This document shows positions 60,854-64,000 of a DNA stretch of 64,000 bases, in pieces. The DNA lies in contig JADGCS010000006.1 in assembly GCA_015228875.1 (NCBI GenBank), positions 2,611 to 66,610 of the forward strand, written 5' to 3'. The translations under genes and the position numbers were made by a program. The notes under the pieces are model-generated. The model did not search any database and was not told the DNA's origin. It saw nothing but the letters and a program-made list of their open reading frames with translations. The number at the start of each line of letters is the position of its first letter. The stretch's first letter is position 1. Origin of the DNA: Deltaproteobacteria bacterium. GTDB lineage: Bacteria > UBA10199 > JADGCS01.

Positions 60854-62113
60854 ATGGCAAACCAAGGCAATCTTGCAGAGGTTCAGGAACATCCCAACAT
60901 CGACAGCTACGTTTCTTTTTTTACAAAGGGCGGCAAAGATGTCTTTGCAAACGCCTATAATTTTCAAGAAGCAGAAATGGCCAAGCAGTTTAACATGTAC
61001 CCTTACTATCAGGTTATCGACCGCAATGAGGCCGCAACCTGTGTGATAGAGGGTAGAGAGACCATTATGCTTGGCTCAAACAATTATCTGGGGCTTACCA
61101 TTCACCCAGAGGTCAGGCAGGCGGCGATCAAGGCTATTGCTGAGCACGGCCCAAGTCTTACAGGGTCACGTATTCTCAATGGGACTCACAGGTTGCACCT
61201 TGAGTTAGAAGAACAACTCGCTGGTTTTTTGGGCAAAGAATCCTGTCTCGTTTTTACAACGGGTTATCAGGCCAATCTTGGTTTTCTGTCCGCGTTTTTA
61301 AAAAAGGGCACGATGCTCGCCATGGACAAGGGCGATCACGCCAGTATTTATGATGGCGCAAGACTGGGCAAGGGAGAGACCGTCGGGTTTGCACACAACA
61401 ACCCTGCTGATCTTGACAGGGTGTTGAGCGCGGTTCCCGATGATATAGGCAAGATGGTCATGGTCGACGGTGTCTTTAGCATGGAAGGCGATGTGGTTGA
61501 TCTCCCCCAAATACAAAAAGTGGCGCAAAAATATCAGGCCCGTCTTGTCGTCGACGATGCCCACGGCATAGGTGTGATGGGGCCTGGCGGGCGCGGCACG
61601 GTTTCTCATTTTAATCTTAATGACAAGGTGGATATTATTATCGGGACATTCAGCAAGACACTTGCTTCTATTGGAGGGTTTGTTGCCGGAGAGGCAAAGG
61701 TGATTGATTTTATAAAACACTTTGGCAGGCCCATGGTGTTTTCGGCTAGTCTTCCACCGGCCTCTGCTGCCGCTGCCTTAAAGGCACTCGAGATTTTAAA
61801 ACGTGAGCCGGAGAGAGTGGGCAGGGTCAATGCCAATGCCCACTACTTACGGGAAAACCTTTTGTCCCGCGGATTTAATCTGGGTCATTCACAAACACCC
61901 ATCATGCCCATTATCGTAGGGGACGAGATTATCACATTAACCCTGTGGCGCGAACTGCTCAACGAAGGGATCTACGTTAATTCTGTCCTGTACCCTGCCG
62001 TTCCCAGAGAGATGTCCCTGTTAAGAATGAGCGTGACATCAGAACACACCCGCGAGCAACTCGACAAGGTTGTGGCAGCGCTTGTTAAACTTAAAAATAA
62101 ACACAGGTGGTGA
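60854..62113 (+). CDS. PLP-dependent alpha-oxoamine synthase, serine palmitoyltransferase-like
   Basis: YPYY, MLGSNNYLGL, GSRILNGT, HASIYDG, DDAHG and GTFSK. Confidence 0.75.
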   Translation: MANQGNLAEVQEHPNIDSYVSFFTKGGKDVFANAYNFQEAEMAKQFNMYPYYQVIDRNEAATCVIEGRETIMLGSNNYLGLTIHPEVRQAAIKAIAEHGPSLTGSRILNGTHRLHLELEEQLAGFLGKESCLVFTTGYQANLGFLSAFLKKGTMLAMDKGDHASIYDGARLGKGETVGFAHNNPADLDRVLSAVPDDIGKMVMVDGVFSMEGDVVDLPQIQKVAQKYQARLVVDDAHGIGVMGPGGRGTVSHFNLNDKVDIIIGTFSKTLASIGGFVAGEAKVIDFIKHFGRPMVFSASLPPASAAAALKALEILKREPERVGRVNANAHYLRENLLSRGFNLGHSQTPIMPIIVGDEIITLTLWRELLNEGIYVNSVLYPAVPREMSLLRMSVTSEHTREQLDKVVAALVKLKNKHRW

Positions 62114-62269
62114 TGTTTGGTTCTTTCTTGGTCCTTCCTCCGTCGCAACACGCCGCGCAAACGCCGGCGCTGCGGGGAGCTTTGGCGCGACAAGTAGCTC
62201 TGAGATTTTAATAAAGGTTGGCATGACGCCGCGCTGTTTATGGCATCGTCTGCAAGCCTTTATCCGTGC

Positions 62270-62467
62270 TCATCCGCAGGTGTCCACCATCATGCAGTGG
62301 CCGTCACAACATTTGTGACTGACGCCGCAATCATCATCCTGGGTGCAGAGGTGTGTTCCGTGATTTGATGTTGCGGGCTCCTGCGATTTTAATAACAAGG
62401 TCCCAGCTACGGCAGTGCCCGCGATGACAAACAGTCCAAGAATGATCAGTGTCTTTAGTATTTTCAT
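62270..62467 (-). CDS. Small secreted or anchored six-cysteine peptide
   Basis: GAAAGGA RBS, hydrophobic N-terminus, C-x5-C-x5-CC-x3-C-x5-C. Confidence 0.65.
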   Translation of the reverse strand: MKILKTLIILGLFVIAGTAVAGTLLLKSQEPATSNHGTHLCTQDDDCGVSHKCCDGHCMMVDTCG

Positions 62468-62706
62468 AAATAATCCTTTCTGAGTGTATGATGAGGGTGG
62501 TCATTTTTTTTTTTTTGTTGGGAAGATAATGCCCTACTTTAAGCGTGGCTGTCAATTTTCAAATCTGGAAGTTAATGGACGGCTGATGCTATGAAAATGC
62601 TCCTTGCGGGTTAAAGGTGTTTTTTTGAAAATGCCCTGCCGGAACCAGTTTTAAGATATTTTTCAATTTTCTCGATCTGTAACCGGATTTATCCTAATTG
62701 GGCTGT

Positions 62707-62991
62707 ATGAAAAAAGAATTGATCACAAAACTGCATGGGGATTTTGAAAACTGTGCCCAGACAAAAGAAGGAATCGAATATTGGTACGCCAGAGAATTGC
62801 AAGAACTGCTGGGCTACACAGAGTGGCGCAATTTTACCCTTGTGATCGACAAGGCCAAGATTGCCTGTAAAAATGCAGGCCACCCTGTTGAAGACCATTT
62901 TGTTGACGTCAACAAAATGGTTGATGTGGGGTCGGGGGCCCAGCGTGAGGTACCAGATATTGCTCTCACAAGATATCCACATGCTTGGTGA
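62707..62991 (+). pseudogene. dinD: Truncated DinD/BRO-N family gene
   Basis: EYWYARELQELLGY..WRNF...DHFVDVNKMV..GSGAQRE..LTRY, then an early stop where DinD continues. Confidence 0.7.
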
Positions 62992-63126
62992 CATCATCAA
63001 AGACAGATTCAAGGGCAAGTATCCGGCTCGAAAGGCCTTTGAAACAAAATTTCTGAGAGATGAAATTTTGTTCTAGGTTGATGCAATAGCCTGTAGAGAA
63101 TAGACATTGTAAATTAGGGGAAATTT

Positions 63127-63816
63127 ATGAAAACTATCGGAATATTGGGGAGTGTAACTTGGCAGGCTACGATTGAATACTACAGAATAATAAACGAAAT
63201 TGTTGCCAATAAACTCGGAGGGCATCACTGCGCAAAGATTGTGATGACATGCACAGATTTTGAAAATCTGGTTCAGCTTGCAAAGACAAATAAATGGGAT
63301 GAAATGGCAAGTATGCTGACCAAAGAGGTGCAAAAGCTCGAAAAAAGTGGCGCAGATTTTTTTCTGATTTGTTCCAATAGCATTCACAAAATAGCCGAGA
63401 AGATTACTACACAGGTCAGCATTCCTATTCTTCATATTGTGGAGGTTACAGCTCAAAAAATACAAGAACTAAAAATTCAAAAAACAGCATTGTTTGGAAC
63501 CAATTTTACAATGGAGGATGGCTTCTATCATAAAATAATGGATAAATATGGAATCGAGATTATGGTGCCTGATAAACCCGATAGACACTTTATTCACAAC
63601 TCAATTTTTGAAGAGCTTGCATATGGTAAATTTCAAGAAAGCACGAAGAAAGAATACATAAGAATCATTCAGTCTCAAGTTGATAAAGGCGCCGAAGGTC
63701 TCATTCTCGGTTGCACGGAAATACCTTTATTGATGAGGCAGGTAGATGTGCATATTCCGATATTTGATACCACACAAATCCACGCTGTAGCCGCCGCACA
63801 CATGGCGTTGGCTTAA
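63127..63816 (+). CDS. aspartate/glutamate racemase family protein
   Basis: MKTIGILG, ICSNSIH and ILGCTEIP; AT-rich relative to its neighbours. Confidence 0.9.
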   Translation: MKTIGILGSVTWQATIEYYRIINEIVANKLGGHHCAKIVMTCTDFENLVQLAKTNKWDEMASMLTKEVQKLEKSGADFFLICSNSIHKIAEKITTQVSIPILHIVEVTAQKIQELKIQKTALFGTNFTMEDGFYHKIMDKYGIEIMVPDKPDRHFIHNSIFEELAYGKFQESTKKEYIRIIQSQVDKGAEGLILGCTEIPLLMRQVDVHIPIFDTTQIHAVAAAHMALA

Positions 63817-64000
63817 TTGAGTGGCTGGCTAAAAAAGGCTTATGCTGCCAAGCCCATCAAACAGGTTCGAACTTGGTTATCTAAAAAAATAAAAAATAAT
63901 TTTACAGGCTTTTCAATAGCACTGAATTATTGCTGTTTTTTGTATCAAGTGTCGGATTTTGGGATAAAAAACATAGCAACATTTACTTAAACTTGACGAA

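Overview
A gene-dense bacterial chromosomal window, probably from a deltaproteobacterial-type lineage (inferred from the surE-pcm-nlpD-apt block, the futalosine mqnA/mqnC genes, the FHA/PEGA/TPR proteins and the paired ArsA ATPases next to phaR). It carries about 55 CDSs. Most are housekeeping or metabolic (queG end, plsC, mqnA/C, surE, pcm, apt, tpl, mtaB, efp, trmB, thrC, two acyl-CoA dehydrogenases, an SPT-like enzyme). It also has four TMTC-like membrane glycosyltransferase-TPR paralogues, a RelE/HTH toxin-antitoxin pair, several orphan genes and two gene remnants. I recognised no rRNA, tRNA, CRISPR array or transposase. The most striking feature is a set of at least five families of short structured dispersed repeats (about 28 copies or fragments). 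Families A and B both have an 87-bp (29-codon) basic unit and sit in frame inside at least four protein genes, which resembles Rickettsia palindromic elements. A ~50-bp double-hairpin module recurs nested inside unrelated repeat families. All repeat alignments and protein family calls were made by eye, and no database search was run.
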